A stretch of 40,153 bases of DNA from a virus. Lineage: Duplodnaviria > Caudoviricetes. Below are positions 32,267-40,153 of this stretch, one piece after another. The notes under the pieces were generated by a model that saw only the letters and a list, made by a program, of their open reading frames with translations, was not told where the DNA came from and made no database searches. Made by a program: the position numbers and the translations under genes. Each line of letters starts with the position of its first letter. Position 1 is the stretch's first letter. Where the stretch lies: positions 1 to 40,153 of IMG/VR virus record IMGVR_UViG_3300017707_001300. One strand, 5' to 3'.

Positions 32267-34375
32267 TTATTGCTGACTTACAGGGGTCACACCAATCCGG
32301 CCAATCTGAGCGTTCTGCTGTTGCATCACACTCATCTGCAAGCTCTTAATGTAGTTCTGGAACAACGCCTGGAAGTTTTGATCCTGCTGCAATGCCTGCT
32401 GCGCTTTCGGGTTAGCCTGAATAATCTGCTGAGCGTACTGAAGTTTTGTCTGAGCAGAAGGATCGTTCTGCTGATACAGAGCTTCGTTACCCAACAACAT
32501 GAGCGCAATGTCACTCTGTACATCCTTGAACATCTGACGGCTGGCATCCTGTGGGTTGAGGATCAACTCCTGCGCCATCTCAGGTGCAACCGCACGGATC
32601 ATCATCTCCGTGAGCTTGTTTCGGTTAAGCACGCCGCCCGAGTCAAGCTGAGCCACCTTGGTCAGGAAGTCGATCTTTTGAGCGATGTACTCCTTGTCTA
32701 GATCGTTGACGTCGAACTTAACGGTCAGATCGAACTCGTTGTGAATCGCAGACAAGTTCTGTGGCAGTTGGCCTCCAGTAATCCGCTGGATCTCCTGTGG
32801 ACTCATGTACTGACAGCACAAACTGAACATCTGCCGGAAGACCGTGCGCCAGGTCAACAGCCAAGTGTTGACCAACATCTGCTGGAGCAACTGCGTCTTT
32901 CGAGGGTCAACAGTAGAATTTACCGTTCCAAAGTAAGCGGCGTGACTTGCTTCAACTCGTTGGATCAACTCAAACGCCACGGTAGGCTGGCGAGCTGGCG
33001 GGTCCATGAAGGTGTAGTCAGTCGGACTAACTACTGGCAGAGAAACACCGGGGCCAATCTTGTTGATGGCTCCGATTCGTTTGACGACCTTGATGGGAGG
33101 AAGCGTTGAGAAGGCGGTGTGATCTCGGATGGAGTCATGCTGCGCTTTGACTTCATCTTGGTCGGTGGACGCAAGTTCCGGTACTCCCCGAGTGTCAAAA
33201 ATAGCCCGGCGAATGCACTCACGACGAAACTCCACAAAAGGATACTCTCCATGCGCGTAATCGAGCCTTTCATGGATGGCGTATGAGATCGGATCGTTGC
33301 GGTGATCCACAGCAGCCTGCGGACAGATGACCGTGTAGTAGATGCACGGAGCCGTGCCGTCGAGGCTCTTGGTGTAGCAGTACACCACCTCGATCATGTT
33401 CTGGTAGTTGATCCCGTTGTATACGAGCAATTCCGTGCTCGGTAACAAGTTCATGTTGTACATCGTGCTGCTCTTTCCAGCCATCTGCACAGCCAGCTCC
33501 ACCCAATCCTTGTTCCACCCTTCAGTCGTGATTTTTTCACGGATCTCGACCTCAGACATCCATGTCCGACGAAAAATTACCCGTGAACGCTGCAAATCCG
33601 AGGTTTCCGGTGGGAACAACACTTCATCCCAAGGTTTCAGCGCAATGATCTCAGGCAGATTCTTGCTGACGTACTCTTCGTCTCGAGTCGTCATTCCCGT
33701 TTCAGACAACTCACGGACCATGCGCTTTGCCTCTTGCAGCGTGAGTCCAGGGACTGAAGCCTGCAAAATCAATGCAGCTTCTTCTGCCTGATCAGCAATC
33801 AACTGAGGCAGTTGCATCAGCGTCGGGCTACCCGATTGCTGCGCCATTACCATAATCTCCTGCATGGAGATAGGCTGCGACCGCTTGCTGATGTTCTGTC
33901 TCCAACCCACAAAGAAGGCTGTCCAACCGTACTGGAAAGCGTACTGCGCCCCAAGTTCCGCCTCACGACGAAGCTCCAAGGGCATCTTGTTGTCGCGCAC
34001 CCAATGCAGCAACGTCGTCGCAACACCGGAGATCGACGTGTCGTTAAGTTCCGTCTCGCTGGCACGAATGGTTGCACGCTCAAATGCAGTCACCAAGAGC
34101 GCAGAAAGCTCGTTACAGGTACTGTCAATCAAACGATTACGAACGTCACTTGCACCTTCAAAGGGCCACGCCGGGTCGCCATCGTTGCGAAGATTACTGT
34201 GTTTCTTGCCGTCTTCACTTTGACCTGCCCAGCGGGCAAAACGGATGTCATCGAACTTCGTCGTCAGGTTACCCTGCGTCGAGTTGATCATTGCCCGGTT
34301 GTATTCGCTCAACAGATCTCCTACATCAGGAACATTCGTAGCTATCGCCAAGGGATCAGATGAAGACGAATCCAT
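32267..34375 (-). CDS. Portal protein
   Basis: 702 aa directly after TerL; WPFEGASD, HGEYPFV and RGVPE; Gln-rich C-terminal barrel as in P22-like portals. Confidence 0.85.
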   Translation of the reverse strand: MDSSSSDPLAIATNVPDVGDLLSEYNRAMINSTQGNLTTKFDDIRFARWAGQSEDGKKHSNLRNDGDPAWPFEGASDVRNRLIDSTCNELSALLVTAFERATIRASETELNDTSISGVATTLLHWVRDNKMPLELRREAELGAQYAFQYGWTAFFVGWRQNISKRSQPISMQEIMVMAQQSGSPTLMQLPQLIADQAEEAALILQASVPGLTLQEAKRMVRELSETGMTTRDEEYVSKNLPEIIALKPWDEVLFPPETSDLQRSRVIFRRTWMSEVEIREKITTEGWNKDWVELAVQMAGKSSTMYNMNLLPSTELLVYNGINYQNMIEVVYCYTKSLDGTAPCIYYTVICPQAAVDHRNDPISYAIHERLDYAHGEYPFVEFRRECIRRAIFDTRGVPELASTDQDEVKAQHDSIRDHTAFSTLPPIKVVKRIGAINKIGPGVSLPVVSPTDYTFMDPPARQPTVAFELIQRVEASHAAYFGTVNSTVDPRKTQLLQQMLVNTWLLTWRTVFRQMFSLCCQYMSPQEIQRITGGQLPQNLSAIHNEFDLTVKFDVNDLDKEYIAQKIDFLTKVAQLDSGGVLNRNKLTEMMIRAVAPEMAQELILNPQDASRQMFKDVQSDIALMLLGNEALYQQNDPSAQTKLQYAQQIIQANPKAQQALQQDQNFQALFQNYIKSLQMSVMQQQNAQIGRIGVTPVSQQ

Positions 34376-34410
34376 ATTTTGCGTGAAATTACGTTAATCT
34401 CTGTCGCTGG

Positions 34411-36159
34411 TCAATATGAACCACATCTTGACATTGCAGCCATCTGTTTCTTCCAACTCTCACCCCCGTAGTGCTGGGGGTCCATCACCACCAAGTAGCC
34501 TAAAGCGTCAATAGGATCTTTGCTGGCTCCCTTCTGACCATCTGCACCCGTCCATTCCCGCATACTGTAGATCAAGTTCTGACAACTCTCGTGGACCATC
34601 AGTTTGGGATGATTCTTGCCAACTTCAACCGGCAAATCCCGGTCGTAACAGAGCAAATCGTTAATCACCAGCACCCGTTCGTCCACGGTAACTCCTGCTG
34701 CCGGGAGAAAATGCAGTGGATTACTGGCGTTGGCGATCAAATCCAACAGGGTAATCCCACCTTCCTTGCTCGTCACCTCTGAGCCTGCACTCCGGGGGTC
34801 AATGTACCGCTCAGCAATCTCTTCGACGTTGTCTTTGTGCGTCTCAAGCGACCAGACAAGCTCGGTGTACTCGTTGACACCCCTACCAGCTCCACTGCGT
34901 TGTGCAGGTCCAGGCTTTCCATCCGGGCGTTCAGACGGCAAAGCCCACTCTCCATAACTTTGGTCCGGCCATTCACGGTAAACCCAGATGATCCCGTGGA
35001 CATCGACTCTTGCCCAGAGCATAAACCAGTTTCGTGCGCCGGCAGGATCAGCCACCATGTAGTTCGTTCCCTCAGGCGCAACCTTGGACACCGGATCTTT
35101 AAAGATGTTCACGTCCCCAAACATCGGGAACTGACTTCCGGCTGTCTGATCTGCCCAACCGTAAGCACGAATCTTGATGTCGTGACTGCTCCGACCTCGA
35201 AGCGTTTGCTTCATCCGCTCCCAATTATTGTAGGGATTCAGTTTCGAGTGAAACCAAACCACCCCGTGCTTTCCGTAGATCCCTTCCGCCTTGTAAGGCA
35301 TGTGTCCCTTGGGAACACCAATGACGTTGTTCTCCGGCAAAAGCTCGGCTACCTTGTACTCCGTTACCTTGGCAGTCGTAATGAACTCTTTGACCACCTG
35401 TGTGTACCCAAGGATCGGCGTAAAGGTCACCAACAGCTTTCCTGACCGGGTAATCAGACGATATCTAAGCGTCTCAAGCCAATCCTGAGGGACCAATTCA
35501 TCGCACCAGACAATGTCCACTTCACCCCCTTCGACCACCTTGATGTCCTGGCTGTAGTTAAGGAACCAAATCTGGTTCTTCTGGTAGACCGCCGTATTGT
35601 CGGTGAACCCGTTCTTCTGGGACCAACTAAGCTGAATAGACGAAGTACGCTTGGCTTCCTTCAGTTCTTTAGGCAGATACTTGTGGAAAACATTCTGCTG
35701 CATCGCGACACTCGTCATGTGGGTCGTATGCAGACACCAAATGTTCAACCCTCGTTTCTGGCTGCGTTCCTTGATCCATGCCGGCATGTTTCCCACCAGA
35801 TCCATCCCGACAAACGCTTGAGCCACACGTTTAGCTGCCCACTCCGTCTTTCCTGCCCGGTTGCCACCCAACACCAACACCTCGTTGAAGCGGTTGAGAA
35901 TATCATCCGCATCCGGCCAAGCTGTCAATTCGCTGCCATACCGATAGGGATCTTCCTGCTCCGCCCTGATCCTCTGCTCCCTTGCCAGGAACATCCGCAT
36001 CACCTGTTCGGTCCCAACATTCTCCACCATCTGCCGTCTCTGTTCCTCATTCGGACAAGGAAACACAGGATGCTCCTGCATCGGGAACTTCAAGATCTTC
36101 TGGATCAACTTCTCCTTCTGATCCACAGAATCAAATTTTTCTTCAATCTGCGTTGACAT
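34411..36159 (-). CDS. terL: Terminase large subunit
   Basis: Walker A GGNRAGKT, Walker B IVWCDE, coupling motif TFTP, RNase H-like ADPAG...DP...KDPIDALGY. Confidence 0.92.
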   Translation of the reverse strand: MSTQIEEKFDSVDQKEKLIQKILKFPMQEHPVFPCPNEEQRRQMVENVGTEQVMRMFLAREQRIRAEQEDPYRYGSELTAWPDADDILNRFNEVLVLGGNRAGKTEWAAKRVAQAFVGMDLVGNMPAWIKERSQKRGLNIWCLHTTHMTSVAMQQNVFHKYLPKELKEAKRTSSIQLSWSQKNGFTDNTAVYQKNQIWFLNYSQDIKVVEGGEVDIVWCDELVPQDWLETLRYRLITRSGKLLVTFTPILGYTQVVKEFITTAKVTEYKVAELLPENNVIGVPKGHMPYKAEGIYGKHGVVWFHSKLNPYNNWERMKQTLRGRSSHDIKIRAYGWADQTAGSQFPMFGDVNIFKDPVSKVAPEGTNYMVADPAGARNWFMLWARVDVHGIIWVYREWPDQSYGEWALPSERPDGKPGPAQRSGAGRGVNEYTELVWSLETHKDNVEEIAERYIDPRSAGSEVTSKEGGITLLDLIANASNPLHFLPAAGVTVDERVLVINDLLCYDRDLPVEVGKNHPKLMVHESCQNLIYSMREWTGADGQKGASKDPIDALGYLVVMDPQHYGGESWKKQMAAMSRCGSY

Positions 36160-36188
36160 AGTCTCGAGTTTTTACCATCATTTCCCCC

Positions 36189-36480
36189 GCAAGCCTATAG
36201 CTTGCCGTGTACCTCCTGCGCAACCTGAAAGATCGGACGCACGAGCGACTAAATGGTTCCAGCTATCCCTCTTGAGCTGGATTAAAAATCTGGAGCGTCG
36301 AAGAGCTTCAGAGTACTGACAGTCATGGCTACGAGAAGGCCAAGCAGATTGCTGAACGGGTAGCCATTTCTGCACGACTGTAATGCGACACGACAGACGA
36401 CAACCTATGCGGATCGTTTCTCTCTTGTTCATAGTACTCTCCCAAGATAGGCAGTAATGCTGAATCTTGGGGGTACTATG
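36189..36480. other. Hairpin-rich non-coding region upstream of TerL
   Basis: Inverted repeats at 36189-36205, 36258-36281, 36325-36367 and 36430-36480. Confidence 0.5.
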
Positions 36481-36682
36481 CTCTCCTCCAAACTCTTCCC
36501 TGTCGGATTGATTTCCCTCCCGGAGCTAGGGGAAGAACACAGAAGACAGCCTGAAGGAAGATCCTCGGGAGGGGAATCAAGGCTGGGATAGGGAAGACAG
36601 GGAAAGAACAAGAGTAAGAGAAAGAATAAATAGAAAATGCGGTTGGCTTTTTTACCGCTCAAACGTGTTTTCTACCAACATC

Positions 36683-37096
36683 TTACCCAAGATAGCTTGC
36701 CGGTCTTAACACGAGTTCGTTGTTACGAACCCTGATCCGTTGGCCCAACTTAACCGGCTTTCCTCCGACGAACACCTGTCCTGCTGTCGTCTCCACGTAC
36801 CTCGGATTCGGGTACTTCCTCGTCACAACCACTTCCCTCTCCACCTCCACAGGTTGACTCGGCTTCTCCACAGGCGAACCATCAAGGATTTCTTGACCGT
36901 TCACTGAGACAGTCGTCTCAGCCGGTTTGCTCCCTAGCTCCGCCAAGATCCCGTTCCTAAACGCTACCCTGGTGCCAACCCGGATCTTGTACCGCTTGTA
37001 ATCCTTCCCCTCCTCAAACGCCGCCAAATCGTACCGCTCCCCCAACACCGCCTTCACCTCCTTCTCATAAACGCCAAACTTGACTGTAGTATCCAT
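36683..37096 (-). CDS. Hypothetical protein (137 aa)
   Basis: ATG-started ORF with ordinary composition; first gene of the minus-strand block. Confidence 0.7.
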   Translation of the reverse strand: MDTTVKFGVYEKEVKAVLGERYDLAAFEEGKDYKRYKIRVGTRVAFRNGILAELGSKPAETTVSVNGQEILDGSPVEKPSQPVEVEREVVVTRKYPNPRYVETTAGQVFVGGKPVKLGQRIRVRNNELVLRPASYLG

Positions 37097-37869
37097 AATT
37101 CCACGAAGTAAAAAGTTTGTGACGCAGGTCCGTCAATCGACTTCCCATAACTAAACCCAAACGAAGCGTCCAACCATCCCCGAAATGGCTTCCTCGTCAA
37201 GGTCAGCTAGACAACATGTCGCATCACTCTGGCACACTAAACACCCCCATTCGCCAACGCAACACATTCCTACGAACCTGTGACACAGTGGCTCACCTGC
37301 ACCCCGTACGCACTTCTACCGGGCCTTGTGTGCAAGCTAGCCAGAGCAGTACCGGGCTTGTGTGCGACTCGATCTCTAGTGGGGGGTATGCGTCGTCGTC
37401 GCCAACTTTCCTGGGAGGCCAGCTCCCCTCCCCCCCTGCCGTCCTGCGTCTCGTTTCATCTCGCTTGCCGAACCAGATCGACTGCACATGATTTCCCAAC
37501 GGAACGCCAACCCTTCGCATGCGTTGCCGTCTCTCCTAACGAGTCTCTCGCAGGATGCCTTACCAAACGAAGGTTGAGCGGATGGCTTGCCGAAGGACAG
37601 TGAGAGACGACGCCGAAGGATGCGCGCGGGCGTGGATGGAAGGGGAAACGGGCTCCCGAACGGTGGGGCAGGGCGGAACGCATTGCCCCTTTGTTCCCCT
37701 TTCCCCTTTCCATTGCCCCCTTGCATTGCCCTTCCTTGCTTCCCTTTGCACGCACGAACGCTTGCCTTCCCCTTCGCCTTCCCTTCATAGATTCACCCTT
37801 CGCACCAGGTGCGCTCTTTTTCTGCTTTTTTTGCTATGCTTGCGCACGGTTCGTGCCGATAGTGTACGC

Positions 37870-38028
37870 ATGATCACACAATTCATACTCTCCACCCTTC
37901 TTCTAGCCTTCGACGTTGTCGCGTTGAAATGCTTCGCGCATCAACCTGAAGCTGTGGCGTTTGCGCTTCTGGCCACACTCACGCTTCCTTTCTTCATGCT
38001 AGCTGGAATCCAGCTACGCGGAGAGTAG
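37870..38028 (+). CDS. Small two-TM membrane protein (52 aa)
   Basis: MITQFILSTLLLAFDVVALKCFAHQPEAVAFALLATLTLPFFMLAGIQLRGE; first gene of the plus-strand module. Confidence 0.55.
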   Translation: MITQFILSTLLLAFDVVALKCFAHQPEAVAFALLATLTLPFFMLAGIQLRGE

Positions 38029-38030
38029 AG

Positions 38031-38080
38031 CGTTCCCATGCTGCTTCTCTACGGGGAAGCAGAAGGGAGCGTTTTGCTCC
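38031..38080 (+). promoter_or_regulatory. Intergenic structured leader, copy 1
   Basis: CGTTCCC..CTGCTTCTC-TACG-GGGAAGCAG..GGGAGCG-TTTT-GCTCC; same architecture as 39413-39467. Confidence 0.6.
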
Positions 38081-38101
38081 GCTAACACTAACAAACTCAA
38101 C

Positions 38102-38797
38102 ATGTACGTCATACACGAAACTCCCTCAATTGTCGCAATCGTCACGCGCGGCACCAAAAATCCCAAAACAGGCCCCATGCTCCAGATATGGCTTCTGGAG
38201 CGTGACAAGCATCCTTCGGAGTCTCGCTCTACCGGATCCGACGCTGAAACAACCTGCAAAGGGTGTCCGCTTGCAAGCCGGGGCGGATGTTATGTTCAAG
38301 ACAACCCCCTTAACGCTATTTGGGGAGCCTACAAGCGTGGGGTATACTCTCATCTTGAGTTTGGCTCTCCCAAATGGGATGCCTTTTGGGAAGGGGAAGC
38401 GGTAAGGTTTGGCGCGTTTGGCAATCCTAGCCTTTTGCCCGTGGCGATGGTGTCTGATATCGTCTCCCGTTCTCGTCGTCACACAGGGTATTTTCACGAT
38501 TGGCATTGGATGGAACCTGAGGTTGCCGTGCAGTATGGACGATTTTTCATGGCATCGGTTGAACCCCACCGAATCGCGTTGGCCAAATCCCTTGGCCTTC
38601 GTTTCTTCGCTACCCTTCCCGAGGGGAAACCCGCGCCCAGAGGGGCAATTGAATGCCTTTCCGACAGCAAAGGCCTTTCATGCTCCGAATGCGGGCTGTG
38701 CGATGGAACCAACCGACGGGACACACTTCCTTCAGTTTGGATTCGCCCGCATGGAAGCCAAAAGAGAAAAGCAATCGAAGCGGTTTTGAATGCCTAA
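38102..38797 (+). CDS. Gp88-like / radical-SAM-like Cys-rich protein
   Basis: NPKTG, CKGC...GCYV, VRFGAFGNP, TGYFH, MASVE, C...CSECGLC and terminal HG motifs. Confidence 0.6.
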   Translation: MYVIHETPSIVAIVTRGTKNPKTGPMLQIWLLERDKHPSESRSTGSDAETTCKGCPLASRGGCYVQDNPLNAIWGAYKRGVYSHLEFGSPKWDAFWEGEAVRFGAFGNPSLLPVAMVSDIVSRSRRHTGYFHDWHWMEPEVAVQYGRFFMASVEPHRIALAKSLGLRFFATLPEGKPAPRGAIECLSDSKGLSCSECGLCDGTNRRDTLPSVWIRPHGSQKRKAIEAVLNA

Positions 38798-38960
38798 ACG
38801 CGAAAATGGGAACCCTTCTTTGGTGAGGGGTTCCCTTTCCTTTTGCCCTGATTCCATTCACCCACCAGCGCGCCTCTGCGCCTATCCACGCCCACGCTCA
38901 CACTCACGCCCAGGCTTAGCCTTTGTGCTGCAATGCTCTAGGCTCGCTTTCCGGTTCCTG

Positions 38961-39052
38961 AAAACCTTTTTTGGAATTTGAAATTTGAAATCCAAATTTG
39001 AAAATCGAAAATCGAATTTGAAATTTAAGTTTTGAAATCTGAAATCGAAATC
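38961..39052. repeat. AT-rich degenerate TTGAAAT/GAAAAT short tandem array, copy B
   Basis: ttggaatttgaaatttgaaatccaaatttgaaaatcgaaaatcgaatttgaaatttaagttttgaaatctgaaatcgaaatc. Confidence 0.85.
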
Positions 39053-39089
39053 CCGGTTTCAGATACGCAGAACCCAAAACCAAAAACCA

Positions 39090-39413
39090 ATGAAAAAAAC
39101 CGCATTAATTCGGATCAGCAAAAAACTGGATGAGTATGCCCGCACAGTGGGTGTCGCTCACAAAATTTCTCCCCATTACCGCCGTTGGGGGTGGCTCGAT
39201 GGCGTGGCTCCTGTAGATGTAAGCGCAGCGCGTACCGCGCGGACGCGGGCAGATTTGCGCGTCGTGGTGGATGCTCGCGCGGTATACGCACCTGAGGGCA
39301 CCCTGCAGGGACGCCTGGAGTTGATCCGCCAACTGAGGGGGGATCAAAAACGCCTTGCGAAGGCGTGGGGCGTTCGCCTTCGGCCCGCGCCTCGCGCGGT
39401 GAGCCTCCCGTGA
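39090..39413 (+). CDS. Hypothetical basic protein
   Basis: 107 aa; ATG after an A/C-rich leader. Confidence 0.6.
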   Translation: MKKTALIRISKKLDEYARTVGVAHKISPHYRRWGWLDGVAPVDVSAARTARTRADLRVVVDARAVYAPEGTLQGRLELIRQLRGDQKRLAKAWGVRLRPAPRAVSLP

Positions 39414-39467
39414 TTGTTCCCGGTCTGGTCATCCTCACGGGTGGCCAGAGGGGAGCAATTCCGCTCC
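39413..39467 (+). promoter_or_regulatory. Intergenic structured leader, copy 2
   Basis: ATTGTTCCC..TCTGGTCATCC-TCAC-GGGTGGCCAGA.GGGAGCAAT-TCC-GCTCC. Confidence 0.6.
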
Positions 39468-39488
39468 ATTTAAAATCAAAAATCGAAA

Positions 39489-39737
39489 ATGAAAACCAAC
39501 ACTGAAAAACAGAATGTTACCGCAACTGTTTCCACGAGTCACCTCCCCGCGGTTCACTCCGTCCGTGATGGCAAACACTGGCTCACGGTCCCCGTCCTAA
39601 ATGGCTGGGAGGACGTCCGTCCGCTGACCGGAAAAGTCCTGCTTTTTGGGGACCGAACCTACGCTTTTAGGGGCTGGGATTCGGACCGAAATGAGGCCTA
39701 TTTCCTCGCTCAAACCGTCGCAAAAATTAGCTGCTAA
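39489..39737 (+). CDS. Hypothetical protein
   Basis: 82 aa; Y.F.GWDSDRNEAYF motif; A-rich leader. Confidence 0.7.
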   Translation: MKTNTEKQNVTATVSTSHLPAVHSVRDGKHWLTVPVLNGWEDVRPLTGKVLLFGDRTYAFRGWDSDRNEAYFLAQTVAKISC

Positions 39738-39742
39738 CCAAT

Positions 39743-40021
39743 ATGAAAAACATACCATTCGCCATCGCCATCGAGGTCCGTTATCACGGCCCAACCGACA
39801 CCAGAGGAGCCAGGGTCAGCATGCGCACAGCCGCGTTTGCCAAGCCGCACACGGTATTTGTGCCCTACGATTACGCTTTGGGAGGTGCCCCTGAAACAGC
39901 ACTCGACTGGCTCGCATCGCACGGGATTTTTCCCATGTGTGAATGTGAGACCGAAAGGTCAGTGCTTCTGATCGTCAAACCTGAGGACCATGCACTGGTC
40001 CGCAAAGCATTCCTTGTATGA
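39743..40021 (+). CDS. Conserved hypothetical phage early protein
   Basis: AIEVRYHGPTDTRGARV pattern, recurrent in phage early regions. Confidence 0.72.
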   Translation: MKNIPFAIAIEVRYHGPTDTRGARVSMRTAAFAKPHTVFVPYDYALGGAPETALDWLASHGIFPMCECETERSVLLIVKPEDHALVRKAFLV

Positions 40022-40153
40022 AAAACCGTCACCCTTCCACCTGCTACAGCTGTTCCGAGTCCGTGCCTTCTCAGGCGGGCACTCTCTCCCGCTCCATCGT
40101 CAACCGCCGCACCGTGTGGATTGTCACCTGTTCCGGGTGCCTTGATCCTGAAT
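40018..40153 (+). CDS. 5' part of the origin-spanning Cys-rich gene (continues to 263)
   Basis: ATG at 40018 is in frame with 33..263. Confidence 0.75.
   Translation, partial: MKNRHPSTCYSCSESVPSQAGTLSRSIVNRRTVWIVTCSGCLDPE
40031..40153. repeat. Terminal direct repeat, copy 2
   Basis: Identical to 1-123. Confidence 0.95.

Noticed and set aside
36241-36330. Group I intron core (GCGACTAAAT ... GACAGTC resembles P7 elements)
   Set aside because: No interrupted gene and no convincing P3/P4/P7 set could be built by eye; needs an Infernal scan.
36178-36662. Two short minus-strand ORFs upstream of TerL
   Set aside because: Atypical composition derived from hairpins and a purine tract; treated as non-coding.
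37216-37869. Multiple overlapping ORFs in the divergent gap
   Set aside because: Low-complexity translations of G/C and pyrimidine runs; only the 3' part of 37555..38028 (from ATG 37870) looks like a real gene.
38790-38981. 63-aa plus-strand ORF after the Gp88-like gene
   Set aside because: It overlaps the upstream stop, but has low-complexity CACGCC-type sequence and no supportable protein features; left uncalled.
40031-40153. 123-bp terminal repeat as a biological DTR
   Set aside because: It falls in the middle of a coding gene and is most simply an assembler overlap on a circular or permuted contig.

Overview
This window is a complete, circularly permuted ~40,030-bp dsDNA tailed-phage genome. 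Bases 1-123 are repeated exactly at 40031-40153, and one gene reads through that junction. The gene layout is podovirus-like. Almost all genes lie on the minus strand in this order: TerL, portal, scaffold, major capsid, adaptor, two Gly-rich fibres, small basic proteins, lysis cassette (holin-like proteins, overlapped spanin-like pair, M15 endolysin), nozzle, fibre, ejection-type proteins (interrupted by a PAPS-reductase-like gene and a CxxCxxCC gene), then SSB, HTH, Holliday-junction resolvase, initiator, helicase, dNMP kinase, exonuclease, C5 methyltransferase and a probable TerS. A short plus-strand module (37870 to 263 across the junction) is probably early. I recognised no polymerase, primase, integrase, tRNA or CRISPR array. 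The most notable observations are: (1) a DnaB helicase split cleanly into two separately translated genes just after Walker A, with four genes between them and no intein; (2) a C5 methyltransferase locus with two overlapping frames, with motif IX in the second frame; (3) a doubled, internally covarying structured-RNA motif after the capsid gene; (4) twin covarying leader hairpins in the plus-strand module; (5) a PP-loop/Cys-cluster enzyme pair inside the virion module; (6) an RNA polymerase alpha-CTD-like protein. Functional calls come from motif recognition by eye; no searches were run.
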